Source of the DNA: a bacterium
Lineage (GTDB): Bacteria > Patescibacteriota > Saccharimonadia > Saccharimonadales > SZUA-47
Assembly: GCA_030428125.1 (NCBI GenBank)
Contig: JAUIBF010000001.1
Coordinates: 162,793 to 226,792, forward strand
DNA length: 64,000 nt
Direction: 5' to 3'
In this document: one piece after another, positions 28,649 to 39,100 of the stretch
Position numbering within the stretch: position 1 is the stretch's first letter
Layout of the letters: each line of letters opens with the position of its first letter
The notes under the pieces: model-generated
Database searches by the model: none
What the model was told of the DNA's origin: nothing
What the model saw: the letters and a program-made list of their open reading frames with translations, nothing else
Made by a program: the position numbers and the translations under genes

Positions 28649-31085
28649 ATTACACATTGAAGAATTTAGAGGTATCCGCCAATTAGATATTGATTTTAAG
28701 TATCAATCTTTTGCTGTTCATGGACCAAATGGTTCTGGTAAAAGCGGAGTGGTTGATGCAATTGGCTTTGCACTTAGTGGAACTATAGCGAGGCTAACTG
28801 GTGCTGGTACACGGTCAGTTTCGGTGAAGGCTCACGCTCCACACGTAATGAGCAAGGACGATCCTAGCTCGTCCCGGGTTTCACTTACGTTTAAAGATTT
28901 AGTTAGTGGACAGATTGGAACTATCACTCGGACGGTTCAAGACCCACAAGACTTTACACTTTCACCAGACACACCTGAGCTTAGAGCTGCGCTTGAAAGT
29001 GCACTTAAGCACCCAGAAATTACTCTATCTAGGAGAGAGATCATAAAGTTCATACTTGCAGAAGCAGGTAAAAGATCAGAGGAAGTGCAAGTGCTCCTGC
29101 AGCTAGATAAAATTGATGCAAATCGTAAGGTTCTGAAATCAACACAAAATAAAGTTGACTCAGACAAACGTAATGCCGCTCAACAAGCCACACAGGCGAA
29201 ACAAGCAATGGAATTACATCTTGGTATCAGCGATTTGGATGCAGAAAAAGTTAAGGACAAAATAAACCCGCATAGGAAAACCCTCGGTTTAACTGAATTT
29301 AAGAAAGTTGATCTTTCTACTAACTTGCGTGAAGGTTTGGATGAAAAAGACGAAGAGAAACCATTTGACAAAGAGACTGCCAAAAGAGAGGTCAAGGCAT
29401 ACGAAGACGCTATAAGCTCTTCGCCGACAATTCTTACGGAGACAGTAGTTGAATTAATCAAAGCCCTGAAAGAGCTGGACGATGACGCAAACCTAGAACA
29501 GCTTAAGAACAGGAGTTTTTTGGAGTCTGGACTTGAACTGGTTGCAGAAGAGGGGGTATGTCCACTTTGCGATAAAACTTGGCAAACGCCAGACGAACTC
29601 AGAGAGCACCTGAAGCATAAAATAGAAAGCTCAAAGGAAATAGCGAAAATCAGTGAGAATATCGTTCTAAAGGCAAATGACGTAAAGGATGCTATAGGAG
29701 ATGAGCGTGCACTATTGTCTCAGGTTCAGAAACTCTCTGTGAACTGGTCTGATGTTGACGATCAAAACTTATTTCAGTCAAGAATGGACTTGCTACTTGA
29801 GTTTGGTACATTGCTAAAAGATGCTAAAGGATGTGTTGACACACAAGACCGGCTGGAAGCCGGTGACTTAGATGCCAAGAGTGAGCTGCTTGAAGCAATA
29901 GGTAGACTTAAAGATAAGATTGATAAGCAGGCTGACACTTCCGAAAAATCAAAATCTCGTAGTCATCTCATACTGGCAGCTGAGAGATGGACCGCATTTG
30001 CTAATGCTAAAGTAAGCGAACAGCGTGCACTGAACTCATCAGAAAGAGCTGAGTTGGTTTACAAATCATACTGCAAGGTAGCTGATGCAGAACTAGAGGA
30101 GCTTTATGAAAGTGTTGAAGCAAGATTTAGTAAATTCTACGGTCAAATTAATAGTGATGACGAAGAGGGTTTCAAGGCCGAATTCAAACCTACGGCAGGA
30201 AAATTAGACCTTTTTGTTGATTTTTACGGCATAGGAATGTTTCCGCCCGGTGCATACCACAGTGAAGGTCATCAGGATGGTATGGGCATTTGCCTATACT
30301 TAGCCCTAGTAGAAAAAATACTGGGCAAAAATTTTAGCTTGTCTGTACTAGACGATGTAGTAATGTCTGTGGATGTAAATCACCGGAGACAGTTTTGCGA
30401 GCTACTACAAAAAGAATTTCCAGATACCCAATTTATTATTACTACCCACGATGAAATATGGGCAAAGCAAATGAAAACCACTGGGCTAATAGCTAGTAAA
30501 TCTGATATTCGCTTTAGGGGCTGGAGCGTAGATCATGGGCCTATATATGAACAAGGGGAAGAATTCTGGGACAGAATAGATGAAGACCTAAAGAAGGGTG
30601 ATGTTCCAAGCGCCTCTCATAAACTTCGTAGAGGTCTTGAGGCAGAGTTACCCGACATTGCTGAGGCAATGGCCGCAAAGGTAAAGTATCGTGGAGATGC
30701 AAAATACGAGCTTGGCGAGCTTACGGACGCCATAAAGTCTAGGCACGCTGGCTTATTAAAGTTGGCTAAAGAGTCAGCTAGTTCGTGGAACAAAAAGGAT
30801 GACCTTGAAAAAATAAAACAAATTGATAAGACACGAATTGAAGCAGCGCTTTCTCAGCAACGCGAGAACTGGGCAGTAAATTTACAGGTTCATTTCAACG
30901 ATTGGGCAGACATGTCTGTTAATGATTTTAAGCCTGTTGTGGAAGCGTGGCACACATTCTTAGACCTTTATAGATGCGGCAACGATGCTTGCGAGTCGTG
31001 GATAGGGGTAACTTACAACTCCGGTGCGCAAGAGAGTTTGCGTTGTCGCTGCGGCGAATACAATCTTAATTTATTGAAAAAGTAG
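28632..31085 (+). CDS. SMC/Rad50-like ABC ATPase with Zn hook and RloC/HEPN-like C-terminal domain
   Basis: FRGI; Walker A GPNGSGKS; coiled coils with CPLC hook; signature HSEG; Walker B LDDVVMSVD; TTHD; then LRRGLE...NLQVH and C-terminal Cys cluster. Confidence 0.8.
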   Translation: MIKLGELHIEEFRGIRQLDIDFKYQSFAVHGPNGSGKSGVVDAIGFALSGTIARLTGAGTRSVSVKAHAPHVMSKDDPSSSRVSLTFKDLVSGQIGTITRTVQDPQDFTLSPDTPELRAALESALKHPEITLSRREIIKFILAEAGKRSEEVQVLLQLDKIDANRKVLKSTQNKVDSDKRNAAQQATQAKQAMELHLGISDLDAEKVKDKINPHRKTLGLTEFKKVDLSTNLREGLDEKDEEKPFDKETAKREVKAYEDAISSSPTILTETVVELIKALKELDDDANLEQLKNRSFLESGLELVAEEGVCPLCDKTWQTPDELREHLKHKIESSKEIAKISENIVLKANDVKDAIGDERALLSQVQKLSVNWSDVDDQNLFQSRMDLLLEFGTLLKDAKGCVDTQDRLEAGDLDAKSELLEAIGRLKDKIDKQADTSEKSKSRSHLILAAERWTAFANAKVSEQRALNSSERAELVYKSYCKVADAELEELYESVEARFSKFYGQINSDDEEGFKAEFKPTAGKLDLFVDFYGIGMFPPGAYHSEGHQDGMGICLYLALVEKILGKNFSLSVLDDVVMSVDVNHRRQFCELLQKEFPDTQFIITTHDEIWAKQMKTTGLIASKSDIRFRGWSVDHGPIYEQGEEFWDRIDEDLKKGDVPSASHKLRRGLEAELPDIAEAMAAKVKYRGDAKYELGELTDAIKSRHAGLLKLAKESASSWNKKDDLEKIKQIDKTRIEAALSQQRENWAVNLQVHFNDWADMSVNDFKPVVEAWHTFLDLYRCGNDACESWIGVTYNSGAQESLRCRCGEYNLNLLKK

Positions 31086-31097
31086 AATAATACTTTT

Positions 31098-31715
31098 TCA
31101 ATAAGGTATCTGTTTGTTCAAAAGGATAATTTCTTTTAGCTTTTCTTCATCCGTTAAGTTGCGTATATGGTCACTTACAAAAGACGCAAGTTTTAACAGT
31201 AGCTCATCGCGAAGCATTTGGTGGTGGAAGTATATTATTTGCAGATCTTCTCCCTCAATACTAAGAGGTGGAGCAATCGCAACCGCCCTGTGCTTGTGGT
31301 GTTCGTCCCATTCCTCTACCACCTGGTTTGACCATTTGTTAACATCAAAACTAACGTTGGTTTCCAGACCTTTGTACTTATAGTATGAATAGAAACTATT
31401 TGATTGCCCTACATGCGCAAAGGGATGTCTGCCTGATTTCCAAAAAAGTTTGCACAATTCCTTATCCCAGCCCCAAGCATCATGTAATACATTCGCAATA
31501 GTTTGAACATTTGGAAAAGTCTTGCCGCTATAAAAAGTTACAAGCCATTCAATATATGAAAATGTGCTAGACCATAATGAAGATGCTTTAAGTGAGTAGA
31601 AACTATCTATGCCGTTGCTGTGAATGTCATCTGAGATTGTTTTTAGGTAGTTAATCCAGTTTGATGCTTTGTTATCAATGGCGTTCGCTTGGCTGTTATT
31701 TACACTTGGTATCAT
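31098..31715 (-). CDS. Putative HEPN-domain protein
   Basis: Helical N-terminus with IEWL, then the Rx4H motif RHPFAH; leaderless TGtTATAAT-6nt-ATG. Confidence 0.5.
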   Translation of the reverse strand: MIPSVNNSQANAIDNKASNWINYLKTISDDIHSNGIDSFYSLKASSLWSSTFSYIEWLVTFYSGKTFPNVQTIANVLHDAWGWDKELCKLFWKSGRHPFAHVGQSNSFYSYYKYKGLETNVSFDVNKWSNQVVEEWDEHHKHRAVAIAPPLSIEGEDLQIIYFHHQMLRDELLLKLASFVSDHIRNLTDEEKLKEIILLNKQIPY

Positions 31716-31893
31716 GCGAGAATTATAACAAAGCTGTCCTTGGTATGATTAACAAGAGTCACGAACATTATCTAAAATTTTCAGTAGATAATTTTCTCCT
31801 TACCTATTTGTGATGATTGAATACTGGGAGCACTTGAAAGACTGCCGTCCACTATTGCGCCGAAAAGTTTGAGAACGTTCTGTAGCTCCGCAC

Positions 31894-31930
31894 CAAGAAA
31901 AGAGAGCCCAGAACGGGCTCTTTTTTCTTG
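31894..31930 (+). terminator. Rho-independent terminator-like hairpin (probably the native tRNA-Gly terminator displaced by the island)
   Basis: caagaaaagagagccc-agaac-gggctcttttttcttg directly after ccgcacca. Confidence 0.65.
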
Positions 31931-32134
31931 ATTTGGTGGTGACTCTCAGATTCTCAACCTCATAAAAATAATTTATCCGTCGAGAGTTGTAGCCCTTTCT
32001 TGCCCGGCACGGTCAAGAAAGCCAGAGTCTCTTCACCCGCACTATTCCATCAACCTAGCAGTACGCAAGGTATTTATGAATAGTAATTTTGAAGAGGTTG
32101 TGCTTTGTTTCAATGCTGAGTATATTACTAATAA

Positions 32135-34069
32135 ATGCTAAAGAAACTATACGAGGACAAGCAGCGAGTACTTTTTAGCTTAGCAGTAGGTATAGTGGGG
32201 GCAATTGCTTTGAGCGGAGTGTTCGCTTTTAACAACAGCGACAGTAAAGTATTCGAAGCTGAATCAAGTACAGTAAGTGGTTGCGTCAAATACAATAGTG
32301 ATTCAAACGCATCTGATGGGCAATATGTAGAATTTTCTGGTTCTGGATGTGATGATTCGGTTCTAGGTGAACTCAAAAAGTGGCATAAAGTAACGCTACT
32401 GTTTGAGGGGCCAAACACTAACGAAACTGCCACCCCTAATCCATTTACAGATTATCGTTTAGACGTTACGTTCACAAACGGTGACTCAACCTATGTCGTG
32501 CCTGGCTATTACGCGGCCGATGGCAATGCGGCTAACACTTCCGAAGATGCAGGCAATATCTGGCTGGCTCACTTTACACCGGATGAAACTGGCACCTGGA
32601 ACTACAGCGTGTCGTTCAAACAAGGTTCAGATGTGGCCATAGGTACTGGTGGAAATTCGGCTGGTTTTATGGATGGTATAACAGGAAATTTTGACGTAGC
32701 AGATAGCGACAAATCAGGCCGTGACCACCGAGCTACCGGAAGACTGGAGTATGTGGGTCAACACTATCTACGTTACGCAGAATCAGGTGATTATTTTATC
32801 AAAGCCGGCCCAGATGCTCCCGAAAACACACTGGCATATGAAGATTTTGATGCCACACCGGATGCTGGTGGTAGGCGAAAATCCTGGAGCCCCCACCAAC
32901 AAGATTATGTTGATTCAGATGCTAGTCCCTACACTTGGCAATCAGGCAAGGGTAGCGAGTTACTCGGAGCAATCAACTACCTGCACAACCAGGATATGAA
33001 TGCATTTTCATTCCTGACGCTGTCGATTAGTGGTGATGACGATAACGTCTACCCGTACGTTGCTAAAACTAGTGGTGCAACAGACTGGAATAATGTTCAT
33101 CATGACAGGTTTGATGTGTCTAAAATGGCACAGTGGGACAAAATTTTTGAATATGCCGACAAAAAAGGCATGTATTTGCATTTTAAGACTCTTGAAACCG
33201 AAAATGATAACTTAATGGACAATAACTCTTTTGGTCGTGAGCGAAAGCTGTACTACCGTGAGCTAATTGCCAGATTCGGTTACCATTTAGCGCTAAACTG
33301 GAACATTAGCGAAGAAGTAACTTTGCCAGAAGCCGTAGTCAAATCCACGGCAGCCTACATAAAAGATATTGATCCCTACTACCATAACATTGTCGTTCAC
33401 ACCTACCCAGGCGATACTAACAAATATGGTGGGCTGACAGGCAATCAGTCAGAGCTAACTGGCGCGTCTATGCAGATAAACATCACAGGGGTACACAGCG
33501 GCATCCGAACTTGGGTTGCTAATTCAGCAAATGCTGGCAAGAAATGGATAGTAGCCAATGATGAACAGGGCGGAGCTAATACTGGAGTAGACAAAGACCC
33601 TAACGATCGTGAACTAGTTCGTCGCGAAGTAATATGGGGTACTTTAATGGCTGGTGGAGCTGGTTTTGAATACTACTACGGTTACGGTACCGGTTGTACT
33701 GACCTGACGTGCCAGGATCATCGCACTCGTGCCAGCAAATGGGTAGATGCCAAAATTGCGAAGAATTTCTTTAATCAGTACCTGTCATTCTGGGAAATGG
33801 TGTCAAACGACGGTCGCACCAGTACCAGCAACGATTACGTCTATGAAAAACCTGGTGAAGTTTACGCAATTTATCTAGAAAATGGTGGCACAACCAGTAT
33901 TAATCTTAGTGGACAGTCAGGTTCTTTTAGCGTGAAGTGGTATGATCCTAGAAATGGTGGTGACCTATCCGATGGATCGGTAACCTCTATAAACGGTGGT
34001 GCTAACCGTTCCATTGGTAATCCGCCCAATTCCTCGTCTTCTGACTGGGTAGTTTTAGTAAAAAAGTAG
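32135..34069 (+). CDS. Secreted DUF5060 + glycoside hydrolase-like TIM barrel + putative collagen-binding domain protein
   Basis: KWHKVTL.F.GP, NPFTDYRLDVTF, VPGYYAADG, LNWNISEE and ANDEQG motifs; C-terminal VKWYDPRNGG...DWVVLV. Confidence 0.75.
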   Translation: MLKKLYEDKQRVLFSLAVGIVGAIALSGVFAFNNSDSKVFEAESSTVSGCVKYNSDSNASDGQYVEFSGSGCDDSVLGELKKWHKVTLLFEGPNTNETATPNPFTDYRLDVTFTNGDSTYVVPGYYAADGNAANTSEDAGNIWLAHFTPDETGTWNYSVSFKQGSDVAIGTGGNSAGFMDGITGNFDVADSDKSGRDHRATGRLEYVGQHYLRYAESGDYFIKAGPDAPENTLAYEDFDATPDAGGRRKSWSPHQQDYVDSDASPYTWQSGKGSELLGAINYLHNQDMNAFSFLTLSISGDDDNVYPYVAKTSGATDWNNVHHDRFDVSKMAQWDKIFEYADKKGMYLHFKTLETENDNLMDNNSFGRERKLYYRELIARFGYHLALNWNISEEVTLPEAVVKSTAAYIKDIDPYYHNIVVHTYPGDTNKYGGLTGNQSELTGASMQINITGVHSGIRTWVANSANAGKKWIVANDEQGGANTGVDKDPNDRELVRREVIWGTLMAGGAGFEYYYGYGTGCTDLTCQDHRTRASKWVDAKIAKNFFNQYLSFWEMVSNDGRTSTSNDYVYEKPGEVYAIYLENGGTTSINLSGQSGSFSVKWYDPRNGGDLSDGSVTSINGGANRSIGNPPNSSSSDWVVLVKK

Positions 34070-34100
34070 AAAAACCTAAGTCCCAAGTAAAAATTATCTG

Positions 34101-35321
34101 TTGTTTTACAGCATAATGCCCGATAGTTTTATTGATATAATAACTACTGAAATGACAGAAAAAGCAAAAAAGATATTGCGACCCTTGTATTACTTTGCAT
34201 TTATTGAGGCGTTGATTTTCTGGTACGCAATAGAGAAGCTTTTATGGGACAATTCTGGACTGACAGCAGATCAGATAGTAATCCTCGGGATTATCGCACA
34301 GAGTAGTCAGGTGCTTATCGAAGTACCTTCCAGTATTATTGCTGACAGGTGGAGCCGCAGAAAAACATTAATTGCCTCGTCGTCTTTTATGCTGTTCGCA
34401 ATAGTTATAGTTTTGGTCGAGCAGTCGTTTATGTCCTTTTTAATAATGTCCTTGATGTGGGCTTTCTACTATGCGTTTCAATCAGGCACGGTGAACGCCT
34501 ACGTATACGACTTACTAAAAGAAGGTGGAGAAGAATCTCAATACAGAAAAGCTGTGTCTAGGTATGCCACGTTTCAACTAACGGGCTTATTGGTGTCTTC
34601 GCTTGGTGCAAGTTTGTTAATCAAGTTCGGTGGCTTTCTGATGCCTTATTGGGTAACACTTTTGCCAACTGCCGTGGCTATACTGATTTTAATTAAAATG
34701 AAAGACCCCCCAATCGAAAGGACCGAAGATTCACTAGGTAGCGCACTTAATCACGTCAGGAGCTCTATTAGGAATGTAGCAGCCAAAAGATGGTTGCGGT
34801 TAATTTTTCTGGGATTAGCTTTCGTAACAGCCGCAAGGTTTATCTGGTATGAGTACTACCAGCTATTTGCGTTAGAGCGTGAAGTTGCGGCTGTTTTATT
34901 TGGCATAATGTTGGCTCTTATTCATGCTGGTAATATTCTTGGTTCAGAATTCGCCCATAAAGTAAAAAGCCCAAATAAAGTCTTAGCCACAGCTTTTTCA
35001 GCCATGTTAGTCAGTAGTTTAGTGCTAATTTTTGTTTCGAATCAATTTGCGATAATCGGGTTCTTAATATTGAGCTTCTTTGGCTCACAGGCTAGTTCTA
35101 TAGTTTTGGATGAAAGCCTCCAACACCAAACGAAATCTGAGCTAAGGGCTACAACGCTGTCCCTAGTTGGATTGTTAAGCAGAGTCTTTTTCGGGGCAGG
35201 AGCACTGTCGATTATTATATTTGATAGCACTGCCAGTGCAATTGCTGCAACTTCAGCAGCGCTCTTTTTAGGAACTCTGGTTTACTTGCCGGTTAGAAGA
35301 AGGCTAATTTCTGTGGACTAG
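34101..35321 (+). CDS. MFS transporter (start probably 34151)
   Basis: About 12 TMs; EVPSSIIADRWSRRKTL motif A; FQSGT..AYVYD; LRATTLS. Confidence 0.85.
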   Translation: MFYSIMPDSFIDIITTEMTEKAKKILRPLYYFAFIEALIFWYAIEKLLWDNSGLTADQIVILGIIAQSSQVLIEVPSSIIADRWSRRKTLIASSSFMLFAIVIVLVEQSFMSFLIMSLMWAFYYAFQSGTVNAYVYDLLKEGGEESQYRKAVSRYATFQLTGLLVSSLGASLLIKFGGFLMPYWVTLLPTAVAILILIKMKDPPIERTEDSLGSALNHVRSSIRNVAAKRWLRLIFLGLAFVTAARFIWYEYYQLFALEREVAAVLFGIMLALIHAGNILGSEFAHKVKSPNKVLATAFSAMLVSSLVLIFVSNQFAIIGFLILSFFGSQASSIVLDESLQHQTKSELRATTLSLVGLLSRVFFGAGALSIIIFDSTASAIAATSAALFLGTLVYLPVRRRLISVD

Positions 35322-35421
35322 TCCTTAAGTGCTGCGGTCAGCTTTGTTTTCAAGAACACTAGACCTAGATGGTTCGCCAAGAGCCGTAAAACTTTAACTG
35401 TGTTTTTGCTAGTATTGAACT

Positions 35422-36003
35422 ATGGATATGAAGATCTTTGCAGGCCTGCTGACCCTGATTCTGGCAATAATTTCCTATGGTATTTACATGTATGCAGTTG
35501 CCAGACAAGGGACCAAGCCTCATATGTATTCCTGGTTGCTATGGAGTATTCTTGCAGCGATAGGATTTTTCGGACAGGTTAGTGATGGTGCAGGTCCAGG
35601 TGCATGGAATACTGGCATAACTGCGATAGGTTGCTTCACCATTTTCATAATTGCAACTAAAAGAGGGGATAGATATTTAAGCAATGTAGATCGGATTCTG
35701 TTATTTTTAGCTTTCATTGCTGTGGGGGTACAAGTATTCTGGAGTAATCACACGTTGGCTGTAACTCTGGCAACATTGACAGCATTAGTTGGGTTTGTTT
35801 TTACACAAAAGAAGGTATTCAAAAGCCCACATGAGGATTCTTGGCCAACATTCTTTATTAATGCAAATCGCAATCTAATATCCTTGTTTGCTTTATCAAC
35901 CATTTCTTATCTAACGTTCTTCTATCCGTTTATGATGTTTCTTGCTAATTTGTCAGTTGCTTTTACGATTATATTGATGCGACGCTACAAGTCTGCAAAG
36001 TAG
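35422..36003 (+). CDS. Hypothetical multi-pass membrane protein
   Basis: About 7 TMs; TKPH.YSW.LW and K....PHED internal duplication, PQ-loop-like. Confidence 0.65.
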   Translation: MDMKIFAGLLTLILAIISYGIYMYAVARQGTKPHMYSWLLWSILAAIGFFGQVSDGAGPGAWNTGITAIGCFTIFIIATKRGDRYLSNVDRILLFLAFIAVGVQVFWSNHTLAVTLATLTALVGFVFTQKKVFKSPHEDSWPTFFINANRNLISLFALSTISYLTFFYPFMMFLANLSVAFTIILMRRYKSAK

Positions 36004-36145
36004 GTCAATTTGTATTGCCGCCAGGTTTCTTCAAAAAGGCCATTCAATCTATACCACATTAGCTATATTGTAAAATTTACCAAAATGTTTGGAAATACAT
36101 AGCTGTACTGCCATAGTAAGAAGCAACAAACTATCAGGAGGTGAC

Positions 36146-39100
36146 GTGCTTAGATTGCTCAATGTATTTACAAATGGTGGGGTTAAAAAAATAGCGTTCG
36201 TTGCTATTTTATTGGTAACTTTATCCGTCCCGGCGTTAATATTCGGGCAGGGTTCGTTTTTGAACACACCACATCTATCGTTTGATGGCTCTAACGATAA
36301 AGTAGACCTGCAGAATCTAGATATAAGTGGTAGTGCATTGACATTGGAAGTTAATTTTAACTCCAGTGACTTAGATAACTGTGGTAGCTATTTAGATTGT
36401 AGAATAATCTCTAAGTCCGTCGGTACAGCGGACCAAGATCATTATTGGATGCTTTCAACAATAAAAAATAGTAGCAACCAAGCCGTACTTAGATTTCGTC
36501 TAAAAACTGGCAGTAGCACATCAACTCTTATTGCAAGTTCGGCCGTAGTTAACGAGAACGAATGGAATCATGTAGCTGCTACCTATGATGGTTCTATGAT
36601 GAGATTATATTTGAACGGTAACGAGGTTGGATCTGCGCCGAAATCCGGTAACTTAGCTACGAACTCTAGCGTAAATGCCTACATCGGTAACAACCCGGTT
36701 ACTTCTAAGCCGTTCGAAGGGTTAATTGATGATGTCAGAATCTGGAACATCGCTAGGACACAATCCGAAATTAGTGATAGCAGAGAAGCAGAACTTACTG
36801 GTTCTGAATCTGGTTTGGTGGGTTACTGGCGATTTAACGAAGGCGAAGGACAGTTTGCTCACGACTCATCTGGTAATTTAAACGATGGAATCCTTGGGGA
36901 TGCCGTATCTGTTGATAGTGCTGACCCAGTTTGGTTAAATCTTGCAGCTGACGTAGAACCACCTACACAAGTCACCAACGTAACAGCGGATGTCATATCC
37001 TCTAACCAGGTTAACCTAGACTGGGATGTTAGCAGTGACGATAGAGCAGTTACTCAATATGTTGTAGAGCGTAATCAAGTAGAAATCGCAGCTGTTTCGA
37101 GCAATGATTTTGTAGATACTGGCCTTAGCGAATTAACAACTTACGAATATGTTATTTATGCTGAAGACGAAGCTGGAAATCGCTCAGTTGGTTCAGAAGC
37201 GATCAGTGTTCAAACTCCTGTAGCCCCTGACACAGAGGCGCCCACAGTTCCACAGAATCTACAAGCTGTCGAGGTAAACGAAAGTCAAGTTGACCTAGCT
37301 TGGGAAGAGAGCACCGATAACGTAAGTGTAACCCACTACAACGTTCTAAGAGATGGTGCATTACTAGAAACAATTGTTGCTGCAAACACTTATACTGACT
37401 TAACCGTTACACCAGGTGTAACCTACACGTATGCTGTAAATGCAGTAGATGCAGCAGGTAATACATCGGCCGATAGTAATACAGTTCAGACTTTGATCCC
37501 AACTCCTCCCGATAACGATCCACCAACGACGCCACAAAATCTTCAAATCGTATCATCCACCGACGAAGAGGTTAACCTGGACTGGGACGATAGCACCGAC
37601 AACGTTGTGGTTCTTAGGTATTTGGTCGTACGCGACGGTGTTCAGATAGCAGAAGCGCCTAATTCAAGCTTCACGGACACCGAATTTACTATTGGTGTCG
37701 AACACACTTACGAAGTCTACGCCGAGGACGCATCCAGCAACATTTCTGCTGTGTCAAATCAAGTTTCAGTAACCGTCTTAGACACTACAAATCCTGAACT
37801 TGAGATAGTTAACCCTACGTCAGGACAGTACCTAACAGGAACAATCGCTTTGCACGCAGACGCAACTGATAACGTAGCTGTAGACTACGTCAGGATTTCT
37901 ATAGACGATGTAGAAGTTCATACGGCTTTTGATGCTCCATTTACTTTTGATTGGGACTCGACAACTGTGCCTGATGGCGAACATACAATCAGCTTTGAAG
38001 CATTTGATACCAGTGGAAATAGCAATCTAGCCAGTAGTACACACACAGTTATAAATGACTTTAGTGCAGTGCCACTACCTGGTGGTCAACACGTTGTATT
38101 TGATGGAAATAATGATCGAATTAACTTAGGTGCGCTTGAAGTTGGTTCAAACAGCCTGACTCTAGAAGCTTGGTTTAGAAGCGACGATTTAGGAAATTGT
38201 AGTTCAAATGATTGCCGAATTCTAACAAAGGCTAGTGGAGTAAATACCAACGATCACACCTGGATGCTTAGCACGATAAAGAGTGGCTCCTCAACAAATA
38301 TGAGGTTCAGATTAAAAACAAATGGTTCTACAGAAACGTTGATTTCTAACCAAAATGTCCCTGAGTCAGAATGGGTTCATGTGGCGGCTACTTATGACGG
38401 CAGCCAAATGCGAATTTACCAGAATGGCCAACTAGTCGGCCAACAAAATGAAACTGGTTCAATTACTTCAGAACCAAGCAAGCAGGCTTGGATTGGTTCC
38501 TCGCCAAACAGTGGGCTAAGACCTTGGCTAGGCGAGGTAGACGACGTGCGAATTTGGAATGTAGCGCGGAGCCAGCAGGAAATCGCAGATAACATGAACT
38601 ACGAACTGACAGGCGTAGAAGACGGATTGTTTGCTTACTATAAACTTAACGAAGGTGGTGGCCAGCTAGCCTACGATGCTACAGGCAACCAATCAAACGG
38701 AATTATTGGTTCTACCGATCAAGTTGATGACAACGACCCAGCTTGGGGATTAGAAGCTCCAGATACCGAAGCACCTTCGTCACCAGGCAACCTGCAGTCC
38801 GGATCAGTAACCGACAACTCGTTCACATTAGATTGGCAAGCCAGTACAGATAACGTTGCGGTAACTGCTTACGAAGTTGTCATAGACGGCGTTGTTCGGG
38901 AAGTTATCGGTACCCAAACAAGCTACCTAGTTGATAGCTTGCAACCATCCACGGAATATATAGCTCTCGTACGAGCTTACGATGCTGCTGGTAACCTGTC
39001 TAGCGACTCCAATCAAGTGATAGTTACGACAACAACTCCAGACACAACTGCACCTGTAGTCTCGATTGATTCGCCACTAGACAGTGCAGAATTAACGGGG

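Larger units (their letters stand above)
25594..31895. mobile_element. Serine-recombinase genomic island integrated at the tRNA-Gly 3' end
   Basis: ccgcacca direct repeat at 25594-25601 and 31888-31895, the second followed by a terminator-type hairpin; large serine recombinase at the left end; defence-like cargo. An alternative right end is the 19-bp repeat at 32024-32042. Confidence 0.75.

Noticed and set aside
32024-32042. 19-bp tRNA-Gly repeat as the island attR
   Set aside because: Disfavoured but not excluded: the 8-bp core at 31888 is followed by the tRNA-type terminator and restores an open integrase tail, and similar downstream self-copies occur at tRNAs without islands.
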